Shown here: piece by piece, positions 39,841 to 52,500 of the stretch
Position numbering within the stretch: position 1 is the first letter of the stretch
Layout of the letters: every line of letters begins with the position of its first letter
Notes under the pieces: generated by a model
The model's input: only the letters and a program-made list of their open reading frames with translations
What the model was told of the DNA's origin: nothing
The model's database searches: none
Position numbers and translations under genes: made by a program
Origin: Cenococcum geophilum
Taxonomy: Eukaryota
Direction of reading: 5' to 3'
DNA: 64,000 bases
NCBI GenBank assembly: GCA_050273025.1
Contig: CP158635.1
Coordinates: 310,001-374,000, forward strand

Positions 39841-41949
39841 GTACTAGGTATACTTTAGCCAGTAAGATTAATTCTAAGACTGCTTGGGTTTATAGGACGA
39901 ATTTAGTTAAGTGGGTTAGGTATAAGGCTAGTGATTATATTAAGTTTGGAAGAAGTAAAGAGTTCCTTAGTTTCTTAGAACTGGTTTAAGATTTCCTCTT
40001 TAGTCTATTCTGTTTGGTCCTTCTCATATATTGTGTTGTATAAGGACTATGCAACAGTAACTCGTTTATTCCTTTTAACCTATACACCTTAGTTACATAA
40101 GAGGGTCCGTAGGTTACGGATGGTAATAGGGTTATATGCTTTAAAGATAGCTTCCGTAAAGTCTGCGAAGTCTTTCTAGTATTACTCCTATAGGTCAACG
40201 TTTATAAGCTTAAAATATTTATATTTAAGAACTTTAAATTTAATGTAGTTGTTAACGTTAGGTATAGACGTGAGGTTAACTCCCTACCTCTACTTTTCCT
40301 AACCTTTATCGACTTGCTTTCTTAGGTCTACTATACTATATTATATAGTGTAGTACGTAGTAGGTAGGAGGGGTCTTGTAGTGGTCCGTAAAGGCGGTTG
40401 GCGGGTCCGTAACGGTTCGTAAAAGGGTGGGAGGTCTCCGTAAGGGGTCTTAATAGGTCCGTAGTAGTTTGTAGAAGGGTAAAGGGTCTCTGTAAGGGGT
40501 CCAAAAAGAGGTTAGGGGAGGTATAGTAGGAATAGGGGTTTGAGGTTTAAGGGTAGGGGTTCTATACAGGTCTGTATTCGCGTCTATTATACTTCTGGTA
40601 AACTATATTAAGACTTAAATAAGTATACAGAGTTGGTAATAGTCTGTAATCCCTGACTTTTAACCTTCTAGTAGGTCGTACTAGGAGTCTAAACGGGTGG
40701 TCGCTGTCGTGTATCGCTTGGGGGGAGGTATTAAGTAATTGCTAATCTGTGCGCGCTTACTGATTAGTGTTTATACTAACTTAATAGCACGAGTAAGTTA
40801 TATCCCGGGGCACGAAATACGTATAGTATTGTATGCTCTTTAGGATATTAGTGACTGTCTCTTATATTAAAGCAGACTACATAGTCTATATACTAATGCG
40901 TCCTTCCCCCTTAATTAGTTAGTGCTTGTGCACTAAACGCGTAAGTGGGTAGTTAGTGCGCCGAACGCGTAGGCACGCGGTTGGTATAACAGGTGCTATA
41001 ATTATATAGTAAGAAAATAGGGTATACCTTAATTAAATCTAGGAGCTTTACCTTATATAAGTTACCTATCTTTTTAAGGACCTTATACGGCCCTACTATT
41101 TAATAGTTTAGCTTATAGCTAGGTCGTTTAGTCTTTTAATTCCTTATTATAACCTAAACTATATTGCTAGGGGCAAAGTTAGGCTCTTAACGGTGTTTAT
41201 TTGCCTACTATTCTATTAGTCTTTAGGCTCTTTTTAAGTTTTTATAGGCTACTATCTAAGCTTCCTCTAAGTATTTAGTATACTATTAGGCCTTGCTATA
41301 GGATAGCTTTTCTTATATAGTTTAGGGTTCTTCTAGCCTTTTCTAGTTAAAACTTATATGGGGTAAGTATCCTATTTCTAGCTAAATTAGGGCAAACCCT
41401 ATAGAGTTATAGGGTAAGGTTGCTTAGGCGTAGTTTATTAAGGGTAGTAGTTTAGACTAGTTATTTTAGAAGTAGTTAATAAAGGGCTTAAGACTCTAGT
41501 CTAGGTACTAATTTATAATCTCTATCTAACTGTTTATCTAGGAGTAATAAGCTATAGAAAGCTTTAGCTTAATATCTAGGATTTAAGTAAACTTATTTTA
41601 GAAATCTAATATAAACTATAGCCTGTAATTAGATATAATAGTATTTAGTAGATATAGTAAATATATAGCTAGGCTGCCTCTTTAGCAGGGTAGGCGAAAA
41701 TCGTTATCGATTAGATTGATACGATAAGCGATATTATATCATATTATTATCATATTGATCGATTTTTTTAATAAACCCCGCTAAATAAGCGAGTAACTAT
41801 ACCTATAGGGAATTCTACTAATATCTTTAGCTTTCTTAATAATTTATACCCTCTTTATTTATACTTCTCCTTATATAAGATACTATAAAATAAAATAAAA
41901 ATAGTAAAAAAGAGAGGAGACCCAGCAGTTAAATTTTAGTAACTTTTAT

Positions 41950-42560
41950 CTATTCCTCGTCATCCTCTAGTTCTATAACCCAATCCTTACCCTCTAGTGC
42001 TCCTACTGCCACCGCTATAGGTTGAGAATTTTTATTATACGACAAACATTGAGCCCTATAATCCCGCCACTTATAATTTCTATAGCACCCACCATAGAAC
42101 CCTAGGAGACTCCGACACTTAGTAAAGGGGTAAAGGCCTACTAAACAACGTAGAGTCGCCGTACAGGCCTCGTAGGGCTAGCGTTAATTAGCTCTCTACC
42201 TTGTACGAGTAATATAGGTTACTTATAATTATATTTAGAGATCCACGGCTCTAAATTAGAATTGCATTTATATATAAAGGCTTCCCAGTCCGCACCTGCT
42301 TCTCTAATACCCCCCCCCCACCTAAGCCTCTATATTAATTGTTAATAAAGCTTTTACCCTCTCCTACTTATCTTAAGAGTAGTTAGTTATATAGGTATAT
42401 CGTATAGAAAGGAGAGTTTACTTATAGTATAGTAATGTTGCTAAAGAATCTCTTATATAGCAGGACGGGAAGTGTACCAGATAATTATATTTCCTAATTC
42501 TTAATAAAGGACAACGTCGGTAGGATCTAAACTTATAATCTATTAAGTTTAAAGTTAGCA
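41950..42560 (-). pseudogene. RIP-damaged DUF3716-like Cys-rich protein gene carried inside hAT-1
   Basis: De-RIPed reading GKPSYINAILIQSRG (42242-42286), a probable short intron, then PCEAC...GLYPFTECRSLPGFxGGCxGNCKWRD.GAQC (42045-42177). Family assigned from motif memory; 5' boundary uncertain. Confidence 0.6.
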
Positions 42561-43564
42561 TATATTTACCTACGCCACCTACGTGCCTTTAGTGGTTACC
42601 TTTTGCCTAAAATTATTTTATTTATATATCTTATGCCCTTTCCTTAGTGTTGTATAATATATCTCTTATATACATTTCTTCGTATAACCACTATATTCCT
42701 TTTAAAATTCCACTTTAGTGCTAGCTCTTTATACACTCCGTCTTCTTAAGGTTCTATAATCTAAGCTATATTCTCTCCCATAATACTATATAACGCCCTC
42801 CTAAAAATACTCTCTCTAGTTCATCACTTATAGCTAGAATTAAAAGTACCTCTTTTATAAAGAGTGAAAGCCGCGGCTAGCGCTTTATTTGTTGTTCTTA
42901 AGACTACCACTAAAGTAGAGAAACTTTAATTTCGTATAGTACTTTAGAGCAGTAGTTATTGTACTCATCCTGGCTTACTAGTCGAGTAACCTTTTTATTT
43001 AATTTATTTATAATTTAATTATACTTATTAAGTTCCTTATACTTATCTTATAATAGCCTATTATACGATACTATTTAAAGAGAGGTAATAGGCTTCTCTA
43101 ATTCTTGGTATGTTTCCTAAAGCCGTTAAACCTTTAGAAGTATTATTTTCTACTACTCCTTCTTCTAAAATGTCTTAATATACTTTGTATAATGATTTAG
43201 GTGAAGAATAAGTGCAGTGGCGTAAAGAGGGGAGTTGTCTGTTCTCTAGTAGTACTCGTTAAACTTCGCCTATACATTTTTTACTTAAAGTAAAAGAGCT
43301 TTATTTAATTTAAAGAGTGCTTATTATATAATATTAGCTTTAGCTTAAATAAAGTAGCTAGAAGAAGAGTTATATAAGAGAGTTCTTTATATATTTAATA
43401 AGTACATCTATTATAAAGAGTACTCGATTAAGTGTTATATAATCCCCTTGTGTCTCTAATATTACGTAGTGGAATGGCTTTAAAAAGGTGCATCGTATAA
43501 AGAAACTTCCAGTCTTACGGCGAGATATAATCCTCCTTAAGTATATTATAGTTACTCTTAATAT

Positions 43565-46500
43565 TGTGACGGTGCTAGTGCGCGTTACCTGCCACATTTA
43601 ACCAATCAGGATTTTCCATGCCCGGCATAGAAAATCGCTATTGGCTCACTTACCACTAGCGCCTTAGTAACCCTCGCGACATATCTACCTACTGCCCCTA
43701 AGCGATTCTTCTTCTTCTTCTCCTTAGCTTAGTATCTTTACTAAATAGCAATCCATAAGCTTTAGTTCAGAGGCATTTATGCGAGCCATCACATTATACT
43801 AAGCTCTCCTTACACTGCCTAGGAAGGCCTTAATAATATCCCACCCCTAAAAAAAAAAAAAAGAGAAGATCTTCGTCTATAACGACGCGTCAACGCGCTA
43901 TACTCAGACATTAAAACAACTCTATACTGCCTGTAAAGGCCTTAACAATACCCCACTTTGTAAGCTAGATAGGACTAGACCTATACCCCCTAGAATTAAA
44001 ACCGAATCGTACGATTCCGATAAACCCTAGGAAGCTAACAATAGCACCTAAAGCGAGCTCATCTAAAAGAGCTACCCCAACCCAAGAAGAACATAAAATT
44101 CAATTGGGATCCAAAATTAAAGATAATAATAATATTATAGACGTATATAAGCAGATTCGTGCCCTAACGGCTAATTAAGAAGCCGACCGTTTTTAAGCTT
44201 AAAGCACATAGGAGACCCTATAAGAGATCCTAGACAGCCTTACAGCTCTTTAAAGCAGCTTAGCTCCCCCTTCTAGAAGTCCTAGTTAACCTATCCACTT
44301 AACTAAGGATAATATACTAGGGAGTATGGAAACGATAACGAAGTAATTAAAGTCCGTTAAGCTCTCTAACCCCTAACCACTGTCTAACGGGATAGACCCT
44401 ACCTTTAAGAATTGGAGGATTTAAATATAAGGAAAGCTCCGCGTTAACTACAACTATTTCCTTTCCAAAGAAGCTAAGATGCTTTACCTCTTTGGTTAAA
44501 CTACTAGGGACGCCTAAAAGCACCTCTAAGCCAAGTTTAAGGATAAGTCACCTATTTAGTTTATATCCGTTAATAAGATGCTACAGCACCTAGCGGCTAT
44601 CTACGTGAACCCGAATAAAGTATACGACGCTAGGTACGACTATAATCGCCTAATAATGAGACCGAACTAATCCTTTACCGAGTTCTAGACCCAATTCCTA
44701 CACTTAGTAGGCGAAGGCCAGGTCCCCCTTAAAAACTACCAATTAGACCTATACGACAAACTAACGGTTTAATTACAAGAGAAGATTACGGTAGCCCTAG
44801 ACGACCTACCAACCCACCAAAGACTTACAGCCCAATATCTGTCGTTGGATTCAGAACTACAGCGAATTAATACCCACACCAATCGGCAGAAGAAATCCCA
44901 TAGCGATTAAAAACCGACAATCACACCTACTAGGGCTGGCACTGGAAAACTAGTGGAAAGTACCCCTATACCTAAGGTAGGTATAACTGCCCTTTAGCGG
45001 GCCTCTCCCGATTAACCATATGCTATACCCCCAACCAATACCCACCATAACACCCCAATCGACCCTACTATAGCCACGTGCTTTAACTGCGGAAAAGATA
45101 GACACTTTACCTCGTCTTGCCCGGAGCCAAAAGATATAGGCGATATTAAGGAGATAGAGGAAGGAGAGACGTCCGACGAGTTGGGAAAAGAAGAACCCTA
45201 GGGAAAGACTCCCCCCTAGGGTACCCTATCGATCTTAAAGAGATTAATCTAAGTCAGTTAATAGGTGGAAAACACTTTATAGTTCTATATACAGTATCTT
45301 AAAATGTATATAGAGTTAACATAACCGCCCTTATTAACACTAGAGCAAATGGCTTTGCCTTTATAAATACTGCCTATCCAACTAACGTTGCTAGGTTCCT
45401 AAATGTAAAAGCCACCTAGCTAGAGAAGCCTATCTAAGTAAAAGGCTATAACGGCTAAGCCGGTAAGCCGGTTACCTATATATTAAAGTTATATATTTCT
45501 CTTAATAGACGACGCCTATATAGTATACCCTTCTATATCCTAGACCTAGGTTCCTATAATATAATCCTTAGTTAGAAGTAGATGTCCTATTTTAATATCT
45601 GGCTAAATATACGATAAAGGCAGCTTATTTGGCCGAAGGATAGACTAAAATTACCCTCCTTTATTAAAGAGATCCGAACTAACCGTAGGATATTAGCCGT
45701 AGAGGCGGACCCCACCTATAAGCAGAATATTAGGGACCGGGACCTAGCCTTCGCATAGGAAGACGCCTGTTACGAAGCTAGTAAGAACCCTATACTAATA
45801 AAGATACTTTCCCGCAGTGCTACGGTTAAAGAGGACTCTACATATAGAAGCGGAACGAATAGTGACGTAGAAGTCGCCTAAGTTGCGGAGATCCAACCTA
45901 TATAGAAGAGGACCTACCAATAGGATACGAAAGATAGCCTTTAGAAGATGCAGTAGGAGCTAAAGGGAGGAATAAGAAGGTCGATACCCTAAAAGCCTTA
46001 GAAATTATATACACCCCTACTATTACATAACCCCCCTATATTAGATATCGTGGCTATTAGTGCTATAGGGTTCCACTTTAATATATACTAAAAGGACAAC
46101 GAGGTTTTTATAACTAGCTTATACGAAATCAACCAGATTATTAATAAGAAGGAAGAAGGGCTAGCTAAGGAAAGTAATAAGGAGCTGGTTAAGCGCCTCC
46201 TTCCTACCTACCTCTTAAGCCATAGAGACGCGTTCTTAAAAGCAGCTTTAGATATACTACCCCCCCACCAAATGTACGATTATAAGATTTAATTAGAAGC
46301 CAATAACTCGCTAAGATATAGCCCCCTCTACTAACAATTAACGGACAAGCTAAAGGCAACAAAGTAGTACTTAATTAATAACCTTAATAAAGGGTTTATC
46401 GAGCCTAGCTAAGCCCCTTTTACTTCCCCTATCCTATTTATAAAAAAGCCTAATAGAGGCCTTCATTTTTATATTAACTATTAAAAGCTAAACGCTATTA

Positions 46501-49500
46501 CTCAAAAGGATCGGTATCCTATTCCTTTAATTAACAAGACCCTTGCACATCTAAGCCAGGCAAAGATCTTTACTAAACTTAATATCCGCTAAGCTTTCTA
46601 CCAAATTAGGATAGACCCTATATCTAAAGATTTAATAACATTCCGTACCTATTATGGGTCCTATAAATATAAAGTCCTTTCTTTTAGGTTAATAAATGGG
46701 CTGGCTATATACCAAAGGTACATAAATAATGTCCTTTTTAACTACCTTAATAAGTTCTGCACGGCATACCTAGATAACATCCTTATATACTTAGACAACA
46801 AACTTAAGTATAAAGTTTATATTAAGAAGGTCCTAGAGAGATTACGGAATACAGGCTTATAAGTTAATATTAAGAAATATAAATTCGGGGTAAAACGTAT
46901 AAAGTACCTTAGGTTTATTGTAAGTATAAATAGGATCAAAGTTAACCCTAAAAAGGTTAAAGCAATCCGCAGCTAGAAGCCCCCTTATACTATAAAGGGG
47001 ATCCAGTCCTTCCTTAGCTTTTGTAATTTCTATTACTAGTTTATCCATAACTATAGAGTTATAGCAAAGTCTCTTATATAACTTACCTAGAAAGATACGC
47101 CTTTTATATTTAATAATAACTATATAGAGGCCTTTAGAGAGTTAAAGGATCGGCTTATCTCTTCTCTAATCCTACGTTATTATAACCCAAATCTTAAATT
47201 AATGCTAAAAATAGACGCTTCCAACGGAGTCGTAGTAGGGGTCCTATTACAGCTACATCCGGACGGCGAATAGTACCCTATTACTTTCTTCTTAAAGATA
47301 ATAGACCCGGCCGAGTATAACTACAAAGTACACGATAAAGAAATACTGGCTATTATTTAATTATTGTCCCAATAGCGCGCGGAGCTTAAAGGCACAAACT
47401 CTCAAATTAAGGTCTATACTAATCATAAAGCCTTAGAGTATTTTATAATAATAAAGCAGCTTACCAGCCAATAGGCTTAATAGGCTAAAATACTCTCTTA
47501 ATTCTTCTTTACAATTATATACCGCCTAGGTATATAAAACTCTAAGGCTAATGCTTTAACCCAGAGAGAATAGGACATAGGCCCCCAGAATAAGCTAAAG
47601 GCGCAACATCGGATACGCGCCCTCCTCCGTCCTAAACAGCTCTACCTACGTATCCTTAAGGAACTAAGCTTTAAAGAGAATAAGCTAGCACCTATAGAAG
47701 GAGAGTTCTTGGACAAGCCAATAGGATTAATTAACCGTATCTTAACCGCAAACCGTACGGTTAAATCCCTAAAGGCCCTCCGCGACTAGGCCTTAAAAGG
47801 TAACCCTAATTTAGAAATAGAAAAAGGACTGCTCTTATACTAAGAACGGCTTATAGTTCTAGATATTAACAACCTACGGATAGAGCTAATCTATAAGGCC
47901 CACTGTTAAGTCTTAACGGCGCACCCTAGTTAGGATAAGACCCACTAACTACTAGCGCCCCATTACTATTAGCAAGGACTCCTATCCGATATAAAATAAT
48001 TTATTAAAAACTACCACGCCTATAAACGCGCGGATGCCCCTAGGGATCGAACTCCTAGGTAGTTACGTCTATTGCCAGTTCTAAAACGCCTTTAGTAACA
48101 TATTATAATAGACTTTAAGTCGTTTCCAAAGGACGCCCACGGCCACAACGCGGCCTTTATAGTAATTAACCAACTATATAAGCAATCCGTCTCCCTCCCT
48201 TACTTTAAGACCACAACTACAAAGGATATAGCTCGCCTTTACGTCAACAATATCTATTAATTCTACGGCGCTCCCAAATCAATTATCTCTAACCATGGCC
48301 CCTAGTTTATATTAGACTTCTAGAATAAATTCTGCCGTATCCTTAGAATTAAGATTAGGCTCTCTACTACATTCTACCCTTAGACTAACGGCTAAACCAA
48401 GATTATAAACTAGTACCTTAACTAGCAACTACGTCCCTTTATAAACTACTATCAGGACAACTAGTTGGAATTACTACCTATAATAGACTACGCGCAGCTT
48501 ACGCTCCCCTATAATAGCATAGGGATGTCGCCATTTAAACTGCTTAACGGGTACGCACTACAAACGTCCTTTAATTGGGATAGGCCTACCGAACCCGCTA
48601 CGGCTCGCGAACGCCTTAGCTATAAAGAGGCCCAGGCATTTGCCGAGAGAATGCACGGGGCCTAGAAGACTGCTTAAACAATTATAAAAAAGGCGCAAGA
48701 GAAGAAAGAGGCCGACGTAAATCAGTATCATCGCGAAGTAGACTTCTAAGTAGGAGATAAGGTATAGGTGTTAATAAAGAACTAGAAAACCCAAAGGCCA
48801 AGCCGCAAGTTAAACCACCAAATGGCTGGTCTATATAAGATTTTAGAGAAGGTAGGACACTCCTTTAGGGTCAAACTACCAAATTCAATGAAGATCCACC
48901 CTATTTTCTCCCTAGACCGATTATAAAAGGCTGCGAACGACCCACTACCTAGACAGTACAACGACCCCCCACCGCCAATTCAGATTGCAGAGGATAAGGA
49001 ATAGGAAGTTAAAGAGATCCTAGCAGTTAAGAAGGTCTATAGTGTCTTAAAATACTATATAAGCTGGGTTGGCCACGACGAGGACCTAGAATGGTATCCT
49101 ATATCTAATTTTAAATACTCCCCCTATAAACTACGAGACTTCCACCTAGCCTACCTAGACCTCCCCGGACTACTAAGCAAGTTAGATAGCTGGATTAAAT
49201 GCTAGGAAGAAGGGTTAGATAATTATAATAATCTAGATAATAATAAGGAACTCGGATAACGCCTAAGGGCAGGCTTTTTTAAGAGGGGGGGGTGATGTGA
49301 CGGTGCTGGTGCGCGTCACCTACCACATTCAACCAATCAGGATTTTCCATGCCCGGCATGGAAAATCGCTATTGGCTCGCTTACCACTAGCGCCTTGGCG
49401 ACCCTCGCGACATGTCTACCTACTGCCCCTAAGCGATTCTTCTTCTTCTTCTCCTTAGCTTAGTATCTTTACTAGATAGCAATCCACAAGCTTCGGTTCA

Positions 49501-49524
49501 GAGGCATTTATGCGAGCCGTCACA
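43565..49524 (+). mobile_element. Gypsy chromovirus C, full length, RIP-inactivated
   Basis: 229-bp LTRs at 43565-43793 and 49296-49524; TSD AATAT; G-rich PPT; gag CFNCGKDRHFTSSC; RT YLD(D)ILIY; RNase H DAS; integrase; chromodomain SWVGHDEDLEWYP. Confidence 0.96.
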
Positions 49525-52500
49525 AATATAGTTATTAATTCCTAACTTGTGCTCAAGTAAGATACTTAGTATTTAATACCAGCTATTCCATCTTATATAA
49601 TTATTAAGTAGAACTCATCTTCTAACTAAAGTCTTAAACTCCTTTATACAACTCGCTAAGGTATAAAAGTGTACTATAACATTATAAAGCTTGCTAAGTA
49701 GGCCTATTGCTTAGAAGGCCTGTTTCTACTTAATTTCTTCCTTATAACTTTACTCCTTTCTATTTACATTATTCCTTTTATACGACTTAATAGCCTTAAG
49801 TTTAAGAGTATCTTTAAAGAGGAAGGCCTAGACGGCGAGATTAATAGTATGCCCCTAGCAGCGGATATATTATTAGATGGGATCCTAGGTAATATCCTTA
49901 TTATCGGCGAGATACTTATAGATCGTACAATATAGTGTATTATTTGTTATAGAGTTATTAGCAATAATAGCTCCGAGCTTTTAAAGAATCCCATACTCCT
50001 ATAGCACTGGAAGAAGAGTAATCTATTGCTCTTCTCCGCCGTAAGTAGCTACCATACGAAGAGTAAAAAGAGCTTTTATCCGCTTTTTTTTAACTATTAA
50101 TAAAGTGGGCGCAAATTCCAAGGAGAAGGTAGTTATTTAGAGAGGTCTAGATATCAATAGAGAGATAAATGCTTATTAATGCTAACTGAACTCGTTTTCG
50201 TACGATATCCTTTTGTAACTAGAATAACTAATTAATTATCCGGCTAACTTTTAAATAAGTTGTCATAAGATATTTATCTAACGCTTAGTTAAGAGCCTAG
50301 CAGAAAACATAGAACTCTAGCCACTTAACAGTCCGGAATAGAAGGTTTTGTATAATAATTAAATTTATAAGAGCCTAGTTAATAACTTCCCTATTAAGGA
50401 CCTTCTTTAGTATATAAAAATCAAAGTCGTCCGTCTTATTTTCGGCTGCCGCTTACTTATAGAGCTCCTTTAACTTCTAACTTACTAATGCTTTCGTACA
50501 ACTTTATATTGTCTTAACAATAATTCCATACTTTAACTTTAGGTGGTTCTGAAGGTTAGTTATTAATATTGCGCCGTATATGCAGTATTTACAGTAGATA
50601 TATTTCCGTTTCTTTGGGTTATATATTAGCTCTCCTTTATCTAGTTCGCAAGAGTGGTTATAGATTAGAGATCTTTTCTAATTGGCCTGTTTCGTGCTAG
50701 AAGTATTAATTATACTTATAAGAAGGGAGGAGTCTGCTTTAGAAGCCATAGTTCGTATAATACTTTATTAAAAGTAGAGAATTTTTTCTAGGTGGGGTAT
50801 GCCAAGAAATTATCGAAATAAAAGCGATAAATACCGATAAGCGAAAATCATGATAATTTATCGATTTTATTAGATAAGATTTTATTTTCGCCTACCCTAC
50901 TCTTTAGTATTAATGTTTTTATAATAGGGAATTAAGAACGGGTGTTTGCTAAAGTAGTTAACTATAACTATAACTATATTATATCCGTTATAGTCTATAA
51001 GTAGTTTATAAAAGTCTATAAAGATATACTATTAAAGGCGCTCTAGTATTAGGAGTGGCTTAAGTAGTTCTAGGGTTTTGTTTTATAGGGTTATAGCTTT
51101 TTAATAGTTCTCGTAGTTCCGTATATATTAATTAATATTTATAATTATTCTTGGCTAGTAGTAGCGGCAGTTAATAATTTTATGGGTCTTATTTTTGCTA
51201 GGGTATACTATAAAGACTTAGTAATAAGCTTTACGGATTAGTTCTATTTATAAATTAGTAATATTAGGGATTATAAGCCGCTTCTAGCATAGGAGCAATC
51301 CTTCCTCTATTTTAAAATTAGGGTCTTCTTTTATAGCTTAATCGCGAAGGGCCCTTAGGGCATTAGCCATACGGTTTATAATTAGAAGGTAGTTAACTAG
51401 CTATATTAGCTTATTTAAGGACTCCTTTATTAGTGCTAACTTGTTTTACTAGGAGTCTAGCTCCTTAAGGATTTGTAGGTTAAGCTATTTTAGATAAAGG
51501 AAAGCGCGCGTCTAATATTAGGTCTTTAGCTTATCTTAGGGTTTTACGTCTTATTCTCTTTGGGTTAGGGTATTAGCTTTAGAGTTTTACTTACTAAAAC
51601 GATATATAATTATAAAGAAAAATTAGGAGAGTATTTTAGCCTACTAGGCTTATTATTTAGTAAGCTGCTTTATAGTTATAAAGTACTTTAGGGCTTTATA
51701 ATCTATATATATTTTAATCCGGGAGTTTATATCTTTAAGCTCTACACGCTATTAGAAGAGTAATTAAATAATAGCTAGTATTTCTTTATTATATACTTTA
51801 TAGTTATACTTAGCCTAGTTTATTATTTTTAAGAAGGTAATAGGGTACTATTCGCCGTCTAGATATAACTATAATAGGATTCCTACTACGACCCTATTAT
51901 AAGCATCCGTTTTTAGTATTAATTTAAAGTCCGGGTTATAGTAATAAAGCATTAAAAAAGAAATAAGCCAATCCTTTATCTCTTTAAAGGCTTTTATATA
52001 GTTATTATTAAAGATAAAAGGCGTGTCCTTCCTAGTTAGTCGTATAAGAGGTTTTACTATAATTCTGTAGTTATAGATAAACTAATAGTAGAAGTTATAA
52101 AAGCTAAGGAAGGACTAGATTTCTTTTACTATATAAAGGGGCTTCTGGTTATAGATTACCTTTACCTTTTTAGGGTTAACCTTAATTCCTTTTATAGTTA
52201 CAATAAACTTAAAGCATTTTATACGTTTTACCCTAAACTCGCATTTTTTAATATTAACTTATAAGCCTATATTCTGTAGTCTCTTTAGAACCTTCTTAAT
52301 ATAAACTTAATGCTTAAGTTTGTTGTCTAAGTATATAAGAATGTTATTTAGGTATATTATACAGAATTTATTAAGGTAATTAAAAAGAACGTTATTTATA
52401 TACCTTTAGTATATAGCCAGTCTGTTTATTAGTCTAAAAGGAAAAACTTTATATTTATAGAAACTATAATAAGTATAGAATATTATTAAATCTTTAAATA

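Larger units (their letters stand above)
24586..41008 (-). mobile_element. GalEa-clade Copia LTR retrotransposon 2, interrupted by a Copia
   Basis: LTRs at 24586-24825 and 40768-41008; TSD GTAAA/GTAAG; CTAATCAGT after the 5' LTR; RDISQAY at ~36545-36570 and LQTDNT (QTDD) at ~26040-26060. The RT rejoins across the ATATC TSD. Confidence 0.93.
41686..50899 (-). mobile_element. hAT DNA transposon 1, interrupted by Gypsy C
   Basis: 16-bp TIR CAGGGTAGGCGAAAAT; 8-bp TSD CTCTTTAG; CGATA-rich subterminal repeats; transposase remnants YCKYC (BED finger), SIDIWTS, RCxGHTINL, RWNSWY, IPAMSDEPERVFS. Confidence 0.93.
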
